Positions 29,938-40,469 of a stretch of 64,000 nt of DNA are shown here, piece by piece. Source of the stretch: an uncultured Acidimicrobiales bacterium (GTDB lineage Bacteria > Actinomycetota > Acidimicrobiia > Acidimicrobiales > RAAP-2); the NCBI GenBank assembly GCA_963747825.1, contig CAVVGQ010000009.1, positions 438,881 to 502,880 of the forward strand, read 5' to 3'. Under the pieces are notes generated by a model. It was not told the origin of the DNA. It did no database searches and was given only the letters and a program-made list of their open reading frames with translations. The translations under genes and the position numbers were made by a program. Within the stretch, counting starts at the first letter, position 1. Every line of letters begins with the position of its first letter.

Positions 29938-31272
29938 TCAGGCCGCTCCGGTGAGGACCTCGTCCACCGCCACGGACAGCACCTCGAGCCCGTCGGCCAG
30001 GAGCCCGTCGTCGATGATCAGCGGCGGCAACAGGCGGATGACATTTCCGAAGCTGCCACAGGTCAGTACGACCACACCGGATCGGTGGCAGGTCTGGGCG
30101 ATGCGTCGGGCCGCGTCCGGATCGGGCTCCAATGACCCGGGACGGACCAGTTCGATCGCCATCATCGCCCCCCGCCCACGGACATCGCCGATGCCGGGAT
30201 GGGCGGCTTGCACGGAGTGAAGCCGATCGGCGATCGTCTCACCGATGGCGCGGGCCGACGCCGCCAGATTCTCGTCGCGCAATGTGCTTATGGCGGCCAG
30301 GGCGGCTGCACACGACACCGGGTTGCCCCCGTAGGTACCGCCGAGACCGCCGGGGTGCACCGCGTCCATCACTTCGGCTCGGCCGGTCACGGCGGCCAGG
30401 GGCAGGCCCCCGCCCAGAGCCTTGGCCGTGGCCATCAGATCGGGGACGACCCCTTCGTGGTCACAGGCAAACCAATCCCCGGTCCGGCAGAACCCGGTCT
30501 GGATCTCGTCGACCGCCAACAGCACACCCCGAGGCTGGCACCAGTCGGCGATGGCACCCAGAAACCCCGGGGCCGGCACCACGAACCCGCCTTCGCCCTG
30601 GATGGGCTCGATCAGGACGCAGGCCATGTTGTCCGCCCCGACCAGGCGGTCCATCTGTTCGGTGGCTCTGGCTGCGGCTTCCTCTCCGGTCATCCCCTCG
30701 GGGTCGCGGAACGGATAGGACATCGGTACCCGGTAGACCTCGGGGGCGAACGGGCCGAACTTGTCGCGGTAGGGCATGTTCTTGGCCGTGAGGGCCATGG
30801 TCAGGTTGGTGCGGCCGTGATAGGCGTGGTCGAAGACCACCACCGCCGGCCGGCCGGTGACATGACGGGCGATCTTGACGGCGTTCTCGACCGCTTCGGC
30901 CCCAGAGTTGAACAAAGCGGTCCGCTTGGGAGTGTCGCCAGGGGCCAGGATGTTGAGCGCTTCGCACACCTCGACGTAGGACTCGTAGGGATTGACCATG
31001 AAGCAGGTGTGGGTGAAGCGGCTCACCTGGCTCTGCACGGCATCGACCACGGCCGGCGCGGCATGGCCCACGCTGACAACGGCGATGCCCGATCCGAGGT
31101 CGATCAACGAATTGCCGTCCACATCGACCAGGATGGCTCCGGAGGCGTCACCGACGTAGAGAGGCAGGGTCGAGCTGACACCGGCGGCCACCGCGGCTGA
31201 GCGGCGGCGATCGAGCTCCCGTGACTTGGGTCCCGGGAGTTCGGTGATCAGGTTGCGCTGCTGCTTGATCAT
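29938..31272 (-). CDS. gabT: 4-aminobutyrate--2-oxoglutarate transaminase (class III PLP aminotransferase)
   Basis: DEIQTGFCRTG and TAKALGGGLP (PLP-Lys region). The N-terminus MIKQQRNLITELPGPKS is typical of GabT. Confidence 0.85.
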   Translation of the reverse strand: MIKQQRNLITELPGPKSRELDRRRSAAVAAGVSSTLPLYVGDASGAILVDVDGNSLIDLGSGIAVVSVGHAAPAVVDAVQSQVSRFTHTCFMVNPYESYVEVCEALNILAPGDTPKRTALFNSGAEAVENAVKIARHVTGRPAVVVFDHAYHGRTNLTMALTAKNMPYRDKFGPFAPEVYRVPMSYPFRDPEGMTGEEAAARATEQMDRLVGADNMACVLIEPIQGEGGFVVPAPGFLGAIADWCQPRGVLLAVDEIQTGFCRTGDWFACDHEGVVPDLMATAKALGGGLPLAAVTGRAEVMDAVHPGGLGGTYGGNPVSCAAALAAISTLRDENLAASARAIGETIADRLHSVQAAHPGIGDVRGRGAMMAIELVRPGSLEPDPDAARRIAQTCHRSGVVVLTCGSFGNVIRLLPPLIIDDGLLADGLEVLSVAVDEVLTGAA

Positions 31273-31407
31273 TTCCGGTGCCACCAGGGCAGAGTAGTGG
31301 ACCGGTCCGATCCCGGTCCGGCCTCGCTGGGGCGTCCCGCCGGCGCAACCGGCCATACCCGGTGTGGTGCGATGTCACGTGCACCGGTGGGCACTGACGG
31401 GTGCCGA

Positions 31408-32178
31408 CTAGGGGGAGGCCAGGGCGATGACGGCGAACATGGCGCCGGTCGGATCGGCGAGGACGGCGAAGCGACCGGCCGGAACGTCCATCGGTTCGGC
31501 GGCCAGGGTGGCTCCGAGATCGGTGGCGGCACTGACGGTGGCATCAGTGTCAGCGGTCCCGAAGTACGCCAGCCAATGGGCCGGCACCTCAGGAGGGATT
31601 CCGGGATTGTCCGGCAACATCCCGCCGATGGTGGTGTCGCCGAGTTTCCATTCGGTGTACTTCATCGGACCCATGTCGGCCGTCTCGCCCTTCCACCCGA
31701 AAACCGTCTGGTAGAAGGACGTGGCCCCCTCGGCATCCCGGGTGAACAGCTCGTTCCAGGTGAGGGTGCCGGGCTCGTTGACCAGCCCGGCCCCGACATG
31801 CCGGCGGGGTTGCCAGACCGCCGCCACCGCACCGGTCGGGTCGGCGAAGACGGCCATGCGGCCGACGTCGAGCACGTCCATCGGTTCCACGAAGACCATC
31901 CCGCCGGCTTGCTTCACCTTGGCGATGCTCTCGTCGGCGTCCTCGACCGAGATGTAGCTGGTCCAGGCGGCCGGCTGCCCCTCCATCATGATCGGGCCCG
32001 CACCGGCGACCGGCACTCCTCCGAGCTCGAACATGTGGTAGTGGCCCGCTTCGGCGCCCTGGTCGATGGCGTCCCATCCGAACAGGGAGGAGTAGAAGGC
32101 GACCGACGCCGGAAGGTCAGGGCTGGCCAGGTCGACCCACGACGGGGTGCCCGGTGTGTAGCTGGTGATGGTGGGCAT
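31408..32178 (-). CDS. VOC (glyoxalase/bleomycin-resistance) family protein, two tandem domains
   Basis: Internal duplication: PSWVDLASPD..FYSSLFGW and LTWNELFTRD..FYQTVFGW. Confidence 0.8.
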   Translation of the reverse strand: MPTITSYTPGTPSWVDLASPDLPASVAFYSSLFGWDAIDQGAEAGHYHMFELGGVPVAGAGPIMMEGQPAAWTSYISVEDADESIAKVKQAGGMVFVEPMDVLDVGRMAVFADPTGAVAAVWQPRRHVGAGLVNEPGTLTWNELFTRDAEGATSFYQTVFGWKGETADMGPMKYTEWKLGDTTIGGMLPDNPGIPPEVPAHWLAYFGTADTDATVSAATDLGATLAAEPMDVPAGRFAVLADPTGAMFAVIALASP

Positions 32179-32230
32179 GGCCCAAGCTTGACACAGTGCG
32201 GCCGGGGACGCTCGGGGCCCGTTCGGGCCG

Positions 32231-33499
32231 TCAGTTCCCGAAGTTCCAGCTGCTTCCTTCCTCGTAGCGGTGGAGAATGTTCTTGGCCATGAGGATCTTG
32301 TGGACCTCGTCAGGCCCGTCGGCCAGGCGGAGCACGCGGGCGGTGAGGTACATCTGGCCCAGGGGCAGGTCGTTGCTCACGCCGGCCCCGCCCCACACCT
32401 GGATGGCCCGATCCACCACACGGTGGTAGGCGGCAGGTACGAACACCTTGATGGCCGAGATGGCGGTACGAACATCCGGATCGCCATTGGCCACCTTCTC
32501 GGCGGCGTTGATGGTCATGAGACGGGCCGACTGCACATCCAGGTAGCTCTCGGCGATGAATCCCTGGATGAACTGCTTGTCCTTCAGCAGACCGCCGTGG
32601 ACCTGGCGGACCAGGCTCCGTTCCACCATCAGGTCGAAGGCCCGCCACATCTGGCCGACCGAGTTCATGCAGTGGTACACCCGTCCGGCCCCGAGCCGGT
32701 CCTGGGCGGCCTGGTGGCCTTGGCCCACCAGGCCCAGCGTGTTCTCGACGGGGACCCGGACATCCTCGTACCTGATCTCGCAGTGGTCGGAAGTGGAGTG
32801 GCCGAAGATGCCGATACCCCGGACGATGTTGACTCCCGGGGTTGCCGTGGGGACGATGATCTGGGTCATGCGGCCCGGGGCCCCGAGCTCGCCGGTGGGG
32901 TCATTGGCCCGGCACATCACGATGAAGAAGTCGGCGTCGATGCCGTTGGAGGTGAACCACTTGTGTCCATTGATCACCCAGTCGTCGCCGTCCCGTACCG
33001 CCTCGGTCTCGATGGAGCGCGGATCCGATCCTGCGTGCTCGGGCTCGGTCATCGAAAATCCCGATTCCATGGTGCCGTCGATGAGCGGGAGCAGCCACTT
33101 CTGCTTCTGCTCCTCGGTCCCGTACTTGACCAGGATGCTGGCGTTCCCCGAGTTGGGGGCGGCGATCCCGAACAGCGTGGCCGCTCCGATCGCATAGGCG
33201 AGGATTTCGTACATGTAGGCGAGTTCGAGGAAATCGAGGCCCATACCGCCGTACTCCTTGGGCAGATGCGGTGCCCACAATCCGGCTTCGTTGACCTTCG
33301 CCTTCACATGTTCCCGAAGCTCGATGCTCTGCTTCCTGGCAATCTCGCGGTCTTCGGCTCCCAACTCACCTCCCCGTCGACTGCTCCAGAGGATCTCCTC
33401 GTTGGGGAGGATCTCGGTGTTTATGAAGTCGGCCGTGCGCCGGCGCAGGTCGTTGATCTGTGGGTCCAAACCGGGTATCGGAGTCACATTGATCGCCAC
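32231..33499 (-). CDS. acyl-CoA dehydrogenase family protein
   Basis: GFSMTEPEHAGSD, WFTSNG, and C-terminal LADGPDEVH. GTG at 33499 is preceded by GAGGAGG. Confidence 0.85.
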   Translation of the reverse strand: MAINVTPIPGLDPQINDLRRRTADFINTEILPNEEILWSSRRGGELGAEDREIARKQSIELREHVKAKVNEAGLWAPHLPKEYGGMGLDFLELAYMYEILAYAIGAATLFGIAAPNSGNASILVKYGTEEQKQKWLLPLIDGTMESGFSMTEPEHAGSDPRSIETEAVRDGDDWVINGHKWFTSNGIDADFFIVMCRANDPTGELGAPGRMTQIIVPTATPGVNIVRGIGIFGHSTSDHCEIRYEDVRVPVENTLGLVGQGHQAAQDRLGAGRVYHCMNSVGQMWRAFDLMVERSLVRQVHGGLLKDKQFIQGFIAESYLDVQSARLMTINAAEKVANGDPDVRTAISAIKVFVPAAYHRVVDRAIQVWGGAGVSNDLPLGQMYLTARVLRLADGPDEVHKILMAKNILHRYEEGSSWNFGN

Positions 33500-33799
33500 G
33501 GCGGCCTCCTCGGTGGGTCTCGGGGTGCGGGCGGCGGGCCTGCACCACCCGCCTTCCATCATGGCCCAGCCGGGGATTGGGGCGTCACGCGAGTCCGGAT
33601 GCCCGTGACGGCGAGGGGTGCCGTGACGGGAGGTCGCGCCGATTGCGGCCGGATGCCGGCCATACCGTTCGTATGCCGAAACGCAAAAGTGACGGCCCGA
33701 GGGAGAGAGCGCCCCGAGTGGGTCAGAAGGCGGTGAGGTTGTAGATGGTCACGCCGTCGACGGTGTCGGCGATGAAATGGGAAGTGACCCATGAGGAGA

Positions 33800-36127
33800 T
33801 CAGGGAGGCGTCCGATGCGCCGGTGTTCCCCGTCCGGCCCCGAAGCTTCCGCCGCTGATGTAGTAGTGGATCTTGCCCTCGGCGACGTACTTCTCGAACT
33901 GGGCCAGGGTGGGTGCCGGATCGGTCCCGTTGAAGCCGCCGATGGCCATTACCGGATCGTCGGTCGCCAGCTGGTAGCCGGACGCCGAATTGGATCCGGT
34001 GATCGCCGCTACCCACGAATAGTGGGAGCTGTCGGCGCTGAGGAGGGCGGTCAGTTGGGGGCCGGGGGTCGAGCCGTTGAGCAGTCCGCCGCCGCCACCA
34101 CCACCGAATCGACCTCCACCACCGAATCCACCGGGGCCACCGCCACGACCGCCGAATCCGCCCCCAACACCACCGAATCCGCCCCCACCGAAGACGTGGG
34201 CGCCGGGTCCGCCGGGCCGGAAGAAGCTCCCGGGGATGTGCAGTCCGTTCTTGATCTTGGTTCCATTGGGAAGGGTGAAGCCCCGGGGCAAGGTGACGCC
34301 GCTACGGGCCAAACCTCCGGGGCCTCCGGCGAATCCGCCGCCCCGGCCTCCGAAGCCGCCCGGCCCACCCGGGCCGCCGAACACCGCGCCGGTTTGCACG
34401 GCCGGCCCGGCCGAGGGGATGGCCCCGCTGTGGGCGGTGCCGGCTGTCTGGAGCGAGTAGGCGGCCGGCCCGGCGATGATCGAGGCAATTCCGAAACTGG
34501 CGATCCCGGCAGCCAACCAGCCCCGGGCCCTCGGAATGAGGGCGATCGTCAATGCCGCCAACACGCCCATCACGAGGATGACCCACCGCAGCGCCGGGTA
34601 CCACGTCGGGCTCCACCCGAGGATCACGAATGCCCAGGCGATGCTGGCCAGGATGGCCGCGGCCAACGCCAGGCGGGGGAAGACCTGGCGCCGGCGGCTC
34701 CAGAGTGTGTACGCCCCCATGCCGACCAGGGCGCCGACGGCGGGAGCGAGGGCGACGGTGTAATAGGGGTGGATGATCCCTTGGGCAAAGCTGAAGACCG
34801 CACCGGTGAGTAGTAGCCAGCCGCCGAATATGAGGAAGCCGGCACGGACCCGGTCTGTACGGGGGGCGCGGCGGGTCAGCCACAAGGTGGCGACCAGTCC
34901 GATCAGGGCCCCCGGGATGAGCCACGAGATCTGACCACCCATGGAGGTCAGGAACAGTCGATTCCATCCCGTGGGACCCCACAAGCTCCCGCCCCTGGCA
35001 CCGAAACCACCAACGACACTGCCGGTCTCGTTCCCGGTCAGTCGGCCGAAACCGTTGTAACCGAAGATGAGGTTCAACTCGCTGTTGTTGGTCGACCCAC
35101 CGATGTAGGGCCGGTCGGCGGCCGGAGTCAACTGGACGGCGGCCACCCACCATCCACCGGCGACAATCAGGGCGATTCCGGAGTAGACGACCTGGAGGAT
35201 CCGGCGACCGAATTTGGGCGGTCCGGCCAAGAGGTAGACCAGAGCCAGCACCGGCATGAGGATGAAGGCCTGCAGCATCTTGGTGATGAATCCGAACCCG
35301 ATCAGCGTGCCGGCCAGCACCAGCCACCTCGACCGACCGTTCTCCAGTGCCCGCACGGTGGCGTAGGCGGCTCCGGTGAGGAGGAGGGTGAGGAGGGCGT
35401 CGGGATTGTTGAAGCGGAACATCAACGCCGCTACCGGGGTGAGGGCAACCACCGCGCCGGCCAGAAGCGCCGCTCCCGGGGCGAACCAACGGCGCACCGT
35501 GGCGTAGAGGACGCCGACGGTCGCAACCCCCTCGAGCGCCTGGGGCACCAGGATGCTCCACGAGTTGACACCGAAGATCCGTGCTGAGATCTCCATCACC
35601 CACAGTGCCGCAGGCGGTTTGTCGACGGTGATGAAGTTGGAGGAGTCGGAGGAACCGAAGAAGAACGCCTTCCAGCTTTTGGTGCCGGCCTGGACGGCGG
35701 CGGAATAGAAGCTGTTTGCCCACCCCGAACGCCCGACTCCCCACACGTACAAGAACCCGGTACCGATCAGCAGCCCCAGCAAGGCTGGGCGGACCCAGGC
35801 CGGATCCTCGGGCTTGCCCCGGACCAGACGGAACATCCGCCCCGACGGACCGGCGGGATTGGGCGGCTCGGTTGGCGGCACACCGTCGCCTGCGACGAGT
35901 CCGGTTTCCACCAGAACGTCCTCCGGCATCGGCGTCCGGGTCGTGACCGGGAAGGGTGAAACCGTGTCGGGAGGCGGCGGCAGAAGGCCCGGGCCGGCCG
36001 GCCCCGCGGCTGCCGCCGACGTCCCCGCTGTGATCACTGTCGCCACCTCCACCGGGCCACTGGCGGTGGCCTCCGCCTGGTGGCCGACGACGGTTCCGTC
36101 CTCGTCCATGGCACGAATCTCCGTCAC
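33800..36127 (-). CDS. glycosyltransferase family 39 (ArnT/PMT-like GT-C) with Gly-rich C-terminal segment
   Basis: 775 aa, multi-TM. It has the DKPP motif (FITVDKPPAALW). Gly-rich low-complexity stretches precede a conserved tail, AIGGFNGTDPAPTLAQFEKYVAEGKIHYYISGG. Confidence 0.85.
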   Translation of the reverse strand: MTEIRAMDEDGTVVGHQAEATASGPVEVATVITAGTSAAAAGPAGPGLLPPPPDTVSPFPVTTRTPMPEDVLVETGLVAGDGVPPTEPPNPAGPSGRMFRLVRGKPEDPAWVRPALLGLLIGTGFLYVWGVGRSGWANSFYSAAVQAGTKSWKAFFFGSSDSSNFITVDKPPAALWVMEISARIFGVNSWSILVPQALEGVATVGVLYATVRRWFAPGAALLAGAVVALTPVAALMFRFNNPDALLTLLLTGAAYATVRALENGRSRWLVLAGTLIGFGFITKMLQAFILMPVLALVYLLAGPPKFGRRILQVVYSGIALIVAGGWWVAAVQLTPAADRPYIGGSTNNSELNLIFGYNGFGRLTGNETGSVVGGFGARGGSLWGPTGWNRLFLTSMGGQISWLIPGALIGLVATLWLTRRAPRTDRVRAGFLIFGGWLLLTGAVFSFAQGIIHPYYTVALAPAVGALVGMGAYTLWSRRRQVFPRLALAAAILASIAWAFVILGWSPTWYPALRWVILVMGVLAALTIALIPRARGWLAAGIASFGIASIIAGPAAYSLQTAGTAHSGAIPSAGPAVQTGAVFGGPGGPGGFGGRGGGFAGGPGGLARSGVTLPRGFTLPNGTKIKNGLHIPGSFFRPGGPGAHVFGGGGFGGVGGGFGGRGGGPGGFGGGGRFGGGGGGGLLNGSTPGPQLTALLSADSSHYSWVAAITGSNSASGYQLATDDPVMAIGGFNGTDPAPTLAQFEKYVAEGKIHYYISGGSFGAGRGTPAHRTPP

Positions 36128-36132
36128 GACTG

Positions 36133-37617
36133 CTACTTCGCGTCCTCGTCAGCAGGCAGGTGGGTGCCGAATTCGGGTCTGAACACCCACGTGCGCAGGA
36201 TACCGAAGCGGATGACAGCAGCTCCCATCGTCGCCGCCGTCACGATGCAGAGCTCGGGGGCGAGGGACCGCAGGCCGGCAGCTCGGGTGACGGCCAGGGC
36301 GCCAGTTGAGACGGACAGGCTCACCCCGAACAGGGCCCCCGCAGTCAGCAGCCGATGGCGCCGATCGAGCCCGAGGCGAGCGGTCCCGGACATGCCCCGG
36401 TGGGCGGCAGTGTTGCCCAAGCTGCACAAGCCCATGGCCACGGTGTTGGCCCAGTAGCTTCCGAGGGCCGGCTCCAGGGTGGCGAACAGTCCCGCATAGG
36501 CGACTGTGCTGGCAGCTCCGACCCCGGCGAACCGGAGGAGATCGTCCGAGAAGACGGCTTGTGCTTTGGCTGCGCCCGGGCCGGAGACCAGCCGCGGGCT
36601 CGGCTCGCCGATAAGCGAGAGCGGGGCCCATTCCGGGTATCCCGGCTCGTTCGCCGGCGATCTCATCAGGGTGAGGAGACCTCCGGACCGGTTCGGTCCG
36701 TACTTCCAGCCGCCGACTTCGCCGTCGGCGCCTCCTTCCACCGAGGACCCGTTCCAGATCGAATCGGAAGGACGCTGGGTGGCAGAGGCCGGTCGGGCTG
36801 GCCGGAGCGCAGCGCGCCGACGGGCGGAAGGACTGAGCATCCTGGCCACGCCCAGGAGATCTCTCATTGCCGTGTCGACGACATTGACGCGCGAGTCCGT
36901 GTCGTCGACCCAGTCGACCGGCACCTCGTGGATGCGGAGCCCGATTCGCTGGGCGGTCACCAGGATTTCGGTGTCGAAGAACCATTCATTGTCCTCGACC
37001 AGCGGAAGCAACTCGTGGGCGGCGTCGCGCCGCATGGCCTTAAAACCGCACTGAGCATCGGTGCATGCGCTCCTCAGGGCGACTCGCAGTAACAGGTTGT
37101 AGCCCCGCGAGATGAACTCACGCTGGGTGCCGCGGACCACATGGGCCCCAGAAGCGAGCCGGGACCCGATGGCCAGGTCGCTGTGGCCGGACAGAAGCGG
37201 CGCCACCAGTGGCAAGAGGGCGTCCAAGTCCGTGGCCAAGTCGACATCCATGTATGCCACCACCGAGGCGGTGCTGCGTGTCCATGCGGTGCGCAGTGCC
37301 CGTCCCCGTCCCCGCCGAGCGAGATGGATGGCATCCACGCCCGGCACGGTGGCCGCCAGATCGGAGGCGATCCGCCAGGTGGCGTCGGTACTGGCGTTGT
37401 CGGCGATGGTGATGGTCGCCGAGAAGGGGAACGAGGTGTCGAGATAGGAGCGCAGGGTGGTGACGCTACGCTCCAGCTGGCCTTCCTCGTTGTGGACAGG
37501 GATCACAATGTCCAGGTCGGAGGGGGCTTGGGCCCGGTCTTCCTCGGCTCGGCGAAGTTGGGTCACGCTCACGACGACCACTTTGAGGTCGGCACTTCGG
37601 CTCTCCGTTGGAACCAC
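36133..37617 (-). CDS. bifunctional GT2 glycosyltransferase (polyprenyl-phosphate sugar synthase-like) / GtrA family protein
   Basis: N-terminal GT-A fold (DIVIPVHNEE, DVDLATD). C-terminal four-TM GtrA-like domain. Confidence 0.85.
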   Translation of the reverse strand: MVPTESRSADLKVVVVSVTQLRRAEEDRAQAPSDLDIVIPVHNEEGQLERSVTTLRSYLDTSFPFSATITIADNASTDATWRIASDLAATVPGVDAIHLARRGRGRALRTAWTRSTASVVAYMDVDLATDLDALLPLVAPLLSGHSDLAIGSRLASGAHVVRGTQREFISRGYNLLLRVALRSACTDAQCGFKAMRRDAAHELLPLVEDNEWFFDTEILVTAQRIGLRIHEVPVDWVDDTDSRVNVVDTAMRDLLGVARMLSPSARRRAALRPARPASATQRPSDSIWNGSSVEGGADGEVGGWKYGPNRSGGLLTLMRSPANEPGYPEWAPLSLIGEPSPRLVSGPGAAKAQAVFSDDLLRFAGVGAASTVAYAGLFATLEPALGSYWANTVAMGLCSLGNTAAHRGMSGTARLGLDRRHRLLTAGALFGVSLSVSTGALAVTRAAGLRSLAPELCIVTAATMGAAVIRFGILRTWVFRPEFGTHLPADEDAK

Positions 37618-37705
37618 CTGTGGGTTCCCTGTGAGTCATCGAGACCGAGGGTGCCGCAGAGATGACCGATCCCAGTCTCAGTGGCGGGCTCGCCCAGGGG
37701 CTCGA

Positions 37706-39430
37706 TCATGGTGCAGGGTCCCGGTCGGGGGAGGTGGCTCTGCCCCCGGAGATTCGGGCCGGGGCCCCGTCGCTCGCCGCCGCCCCATTCGGCGGCGGGT
37801 GATCGCCAGCCACGCCGTTGGCGTCGTCGCCACCCACGCCGCCGCCACCACCGCTGTCAGCGGGTGGTAGTTGGAGCATCTCTTGTCCCGTCAACACTTG
37901 TTCCTGTTCTGGCGAACCGGAGGGGAGATGCACCGTGAACGTCGATCCCTCCCCGACTCGACCGTCAGCAGACACGGTACCCCCATGACTGGCCACGATG
38001 GCACTCACGATGGACAGTCCGAGGCCGGCCCCCCCATGGGCCCGGGATCGTGACGGATCGGAGCGGTAGAAGCGCTCGAAGATGTGGGCGGCCTCCTCCG
38101 GCTCCATTCCTGGGCCGTTGTCTGCCACCGCGATGACGGCTCCATCACCCTCGGGCTCCACCGTCACCCGCGTCCTCGTGCCTGGGGGCGTATGAGCCCG
38201 AACATTGCCGAGGAGGTTGTCGAGCACCTGTCGCATGCTGGTGGCATCGCACATGACCTCGATGGGAGTTGATGCGTGAAAGGTGACGGGCCAATCCGGT
38301 CCCACCGTCGACGCGGTGTGCACTGCCTCGGCACAGAGGGCGACCAGATCGACGGACCGCCGCTCCAAGGGCCGTCCCTCGTCCAGCCGGGCCAGCAGAA
38401 GCAGATCGGACACCAGGTGTTCCATCCTGCCGGTCTCGACCCTGATCCCCCCCATCACCCGCTCCAGGTCGGCTTTCTGCTCAGAGGCTCCCCGACCGAA
38501 CAGCTCGGCATAGGCCGAGATGGCGGCGATCGGCGTCCGTAGTTCGTGAGAGGCGTCGGCGACGAAGCGCCGGAGGCGGGCTTCGGAGGCCCGCAGTCTT
38601 CGCTCCGATGCCAGCCGGGCTCCGAACGCAGCCTCGATTCGGGCCAGCATCACGTTGAGCGTCCGGGCCAGACGGCCGACCTCGGTTCTCTCGTTCTCCC
38701 CGGGTACCCGCTCGGTGAGATTGCCGGCGGCGATGGACTCGGCGGTCGCTTCCATGTCCCGCAGGGGCCGCAGGCCGATCCGGACCAGCCAGAATCCACC
38801 GATCAGGGCCACCACCACCGCCCCACCGGTGACAGCCAGCTCGACCAGGAGCAGGTGGTGCAAGGTGCTACCGGTGTCACCCAGCGGCGCCGCCACGATG
38901 AAGAGGTCTCCATTGTGCAGCGTCGAGACGCTGACGCGGAAGGCGGGGCCGTTGGCCTGGGTGGAAGTGGCATTGAAGTAGGCAACCCGGGTTCCGCCCG
39001 GTCCCGAGGTGTAGCCGGTGATCGTGGTGGGGATCTTCGGCGTGTAGGCCACACCGTCGACGTAGGCCGGGCAGGTCTTTGACGCGGTCGGACTGCCGGT
39101 CGGTGTCCGCAGTTCCTCGGCGTCGACCTGGATGGCGTTCGACGGTTGACCGCCCTTGCCCTTGAAACCACCTGGGCCACCACTGCCGGGCCCGCCGCCC
39201 AGGCCTCCGCCTGTTGGGCCCACGAACCCACTTCCCGGTAGCGGCGAACCGGGGGCGAAGCAATTGAGCGTGCCGTCGGCGTTCAACGCAAATCCACCCC
39301 GATCGAGCTGCTGGTCAATCCGCTGATACAGGAACGACTCGAGTGACTTGTATGTGACCACGTCGGCAATGGCCAGCGCCACGAGGGCGATGACCCCGAT
39401 GGCGATCAGCAGTCGGCTCCGGAGGGACAT
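37706..39430 (-). CDS. sensor histidine kinase (HAMP-HisKA-HATPase)
   Basis: H-box ADASHELRTPIAAI, N-box LGNVRAHT, G-boxes VADNGPGM and GGAGLGLSIV. Two TM helices flank a Gly-rich sensor loop. Confidence 0.9.
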   Translation of the reverse strand: MSLRSRLLIAIGVIALVALAIADVVTYKSLESFLYQRIDQQLDRGGFALNADGTLNCFAPGSPLPGSGFVGPTGGGLGGGPGSGGPGGFKGKGGQPSNAIQVDAEELRTPTGSPTASKTCPAYVDGVAYTPKIPTTITGYTSGPGGTRVAYFNATSTQANGPAFRVSVSTLHNGDLFIVAAPLGDTGSTLHHLLLVELAVTGGAVVVALIGGFWLVRIGLRPLRDMEATAESIAAGNLTERVPGENERTEVGRLARTLNVMLARIEAAFGARLASERRLRASEARLRRFVADASHELRTPIAAISAYAELFGRGASEQKADLERVMGGIRVETGRMEHLVSDLLLLARLDEGRPLERRSVDLVALCAEAVHTASTVGPDWPVTFHASTPIEVMCDATSMRQVLDNLLGNVRAHTPPGTRTRVTVEPEGDGAVIAVADNGPGMEPEEAAHIFERFYRSDPSRSRAHGGAGLGLSIVSAIVASHGGTVSADGRVGEGSTFTVHLPSGSPEQEQVLTGQEMLQLPPADSGGGGGVGGDDANGVAGDHPPPNGAAASDGAPARISGGRATSPDRDPAP

Positions 39431-39453
39431 CTGACGCGTCGACCGGGCTGTCT

Positions 39454-40161
39454 CTACTCGGGCGACGGTTCGCGGAGTGCGTAGCCGACCAGCCTCACGG
39501 TGTGGATCACGGGCGGGCCGACTGCCTCGAGCTTCTTGCGGAGATAGCTGACGTAGGTTTCGACGACATTGCCGTCGCCACCGAAGTCGTAGTGCCAGAC
39601 ATGATCGAGGATCTGCGACTTCGAGAGCACGTGGCGTGGGTTGAGAAGGAAGAACCGCAGCAGATTGAATTCCGTTGCGGTCAGGGCCACCGGGTGTCCG
39701 GCCCTCGTCACCTCGTGGGCGCTCTCGTCCATGAGGATGTCGGCGAAGCGGAGGATCCCGTCGTCCTCGGGCTCGCTACCGATACGTCTGAGGATGGCGT
39801 GGACCCGGGCCACGATTTCGGCCAGCGCGAAGGGCTTCGTCACGTAGTCGTCCCCACCGACCGTGAGGCCGGCCACTTTGTCCTCGATGGCGTCGCGCGC
39901 CGTCAGGAACAGGATGGGCACGCGAATGCCGTCGGCCCGGAGCCGGCGGGTTACCTCCAAACCGTCGAGATCGGGGAGCATCACGTCGAGGACGATCAGG
40001 TCGGGTGGGCTGTCTTGGGCCGCGGCCAGAGCCAGACGCCCGTTCACAGCCTCGTCGACCCCGAAGCCTTCGTAGCGCAGCGAGGTGGCCACGGCATCGA
40101 CGATCGAGGGCTCATCGTCGACCACCAGGATGCGTTGGCTTCGGGTGGGCTCCACGTTCAT
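39454..40161 (-). CDS. OmpR/PhoB-type response regulator
   Basis: Receiver domain (VVDDEP...LDVMLPDLDG) plus a winged-helix output domain. AAGGAGA RBS before the ATG at 40161. Confidence 0.92.
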   Translation of the reverse strand: MNVEPTRSQRILVVDDEPSIVDAVATSLRYEGFGVDEAVNGRLALAAAQDSPPDLIVLDVMLPDLDGLEVTRRLRADGIRVPILFLTARDAIEDKVAGLTVGGDDYVTKPFALAEIVARVHAILRRIGSEPEDDGILRFADILMDESAHEVTRAGHPVALTATEFNLLRFFLLNPRHVLSKSQILDHVWHYDFGGDGNVVETYVSYLRKKLEAVGPPVIHTVRLVGYALREPSPE

Positions 40162-40469
40162 CTCCTTCTTAGGGCGGTCTTAGCACCCGTTTACGCCGGT
40201 CATAGCGGGTGCCGGTTCAATCGCCCGTTGTGGGTGGCTGTCGGTCTCCAGGTGGTACCAGCATCGCACCGAGGATTGGATCCAAGGTGTGCGCCGCCTG
40301 TGAGCAGCCTGTGAGCCATCCCCGAGAGGTCGACCGAACTCTCAGCCTGCGCACAGCGGAATCGAAGCTCACCTTTGGCCCCGGCGTGTCAAGTGGGTCT
40401 CCGACGCAGTTGATGGAGGTTCGGTCGTTCCCAACGGACCGGTCACTCCAACCGGAGAAAGGGTAAGCC

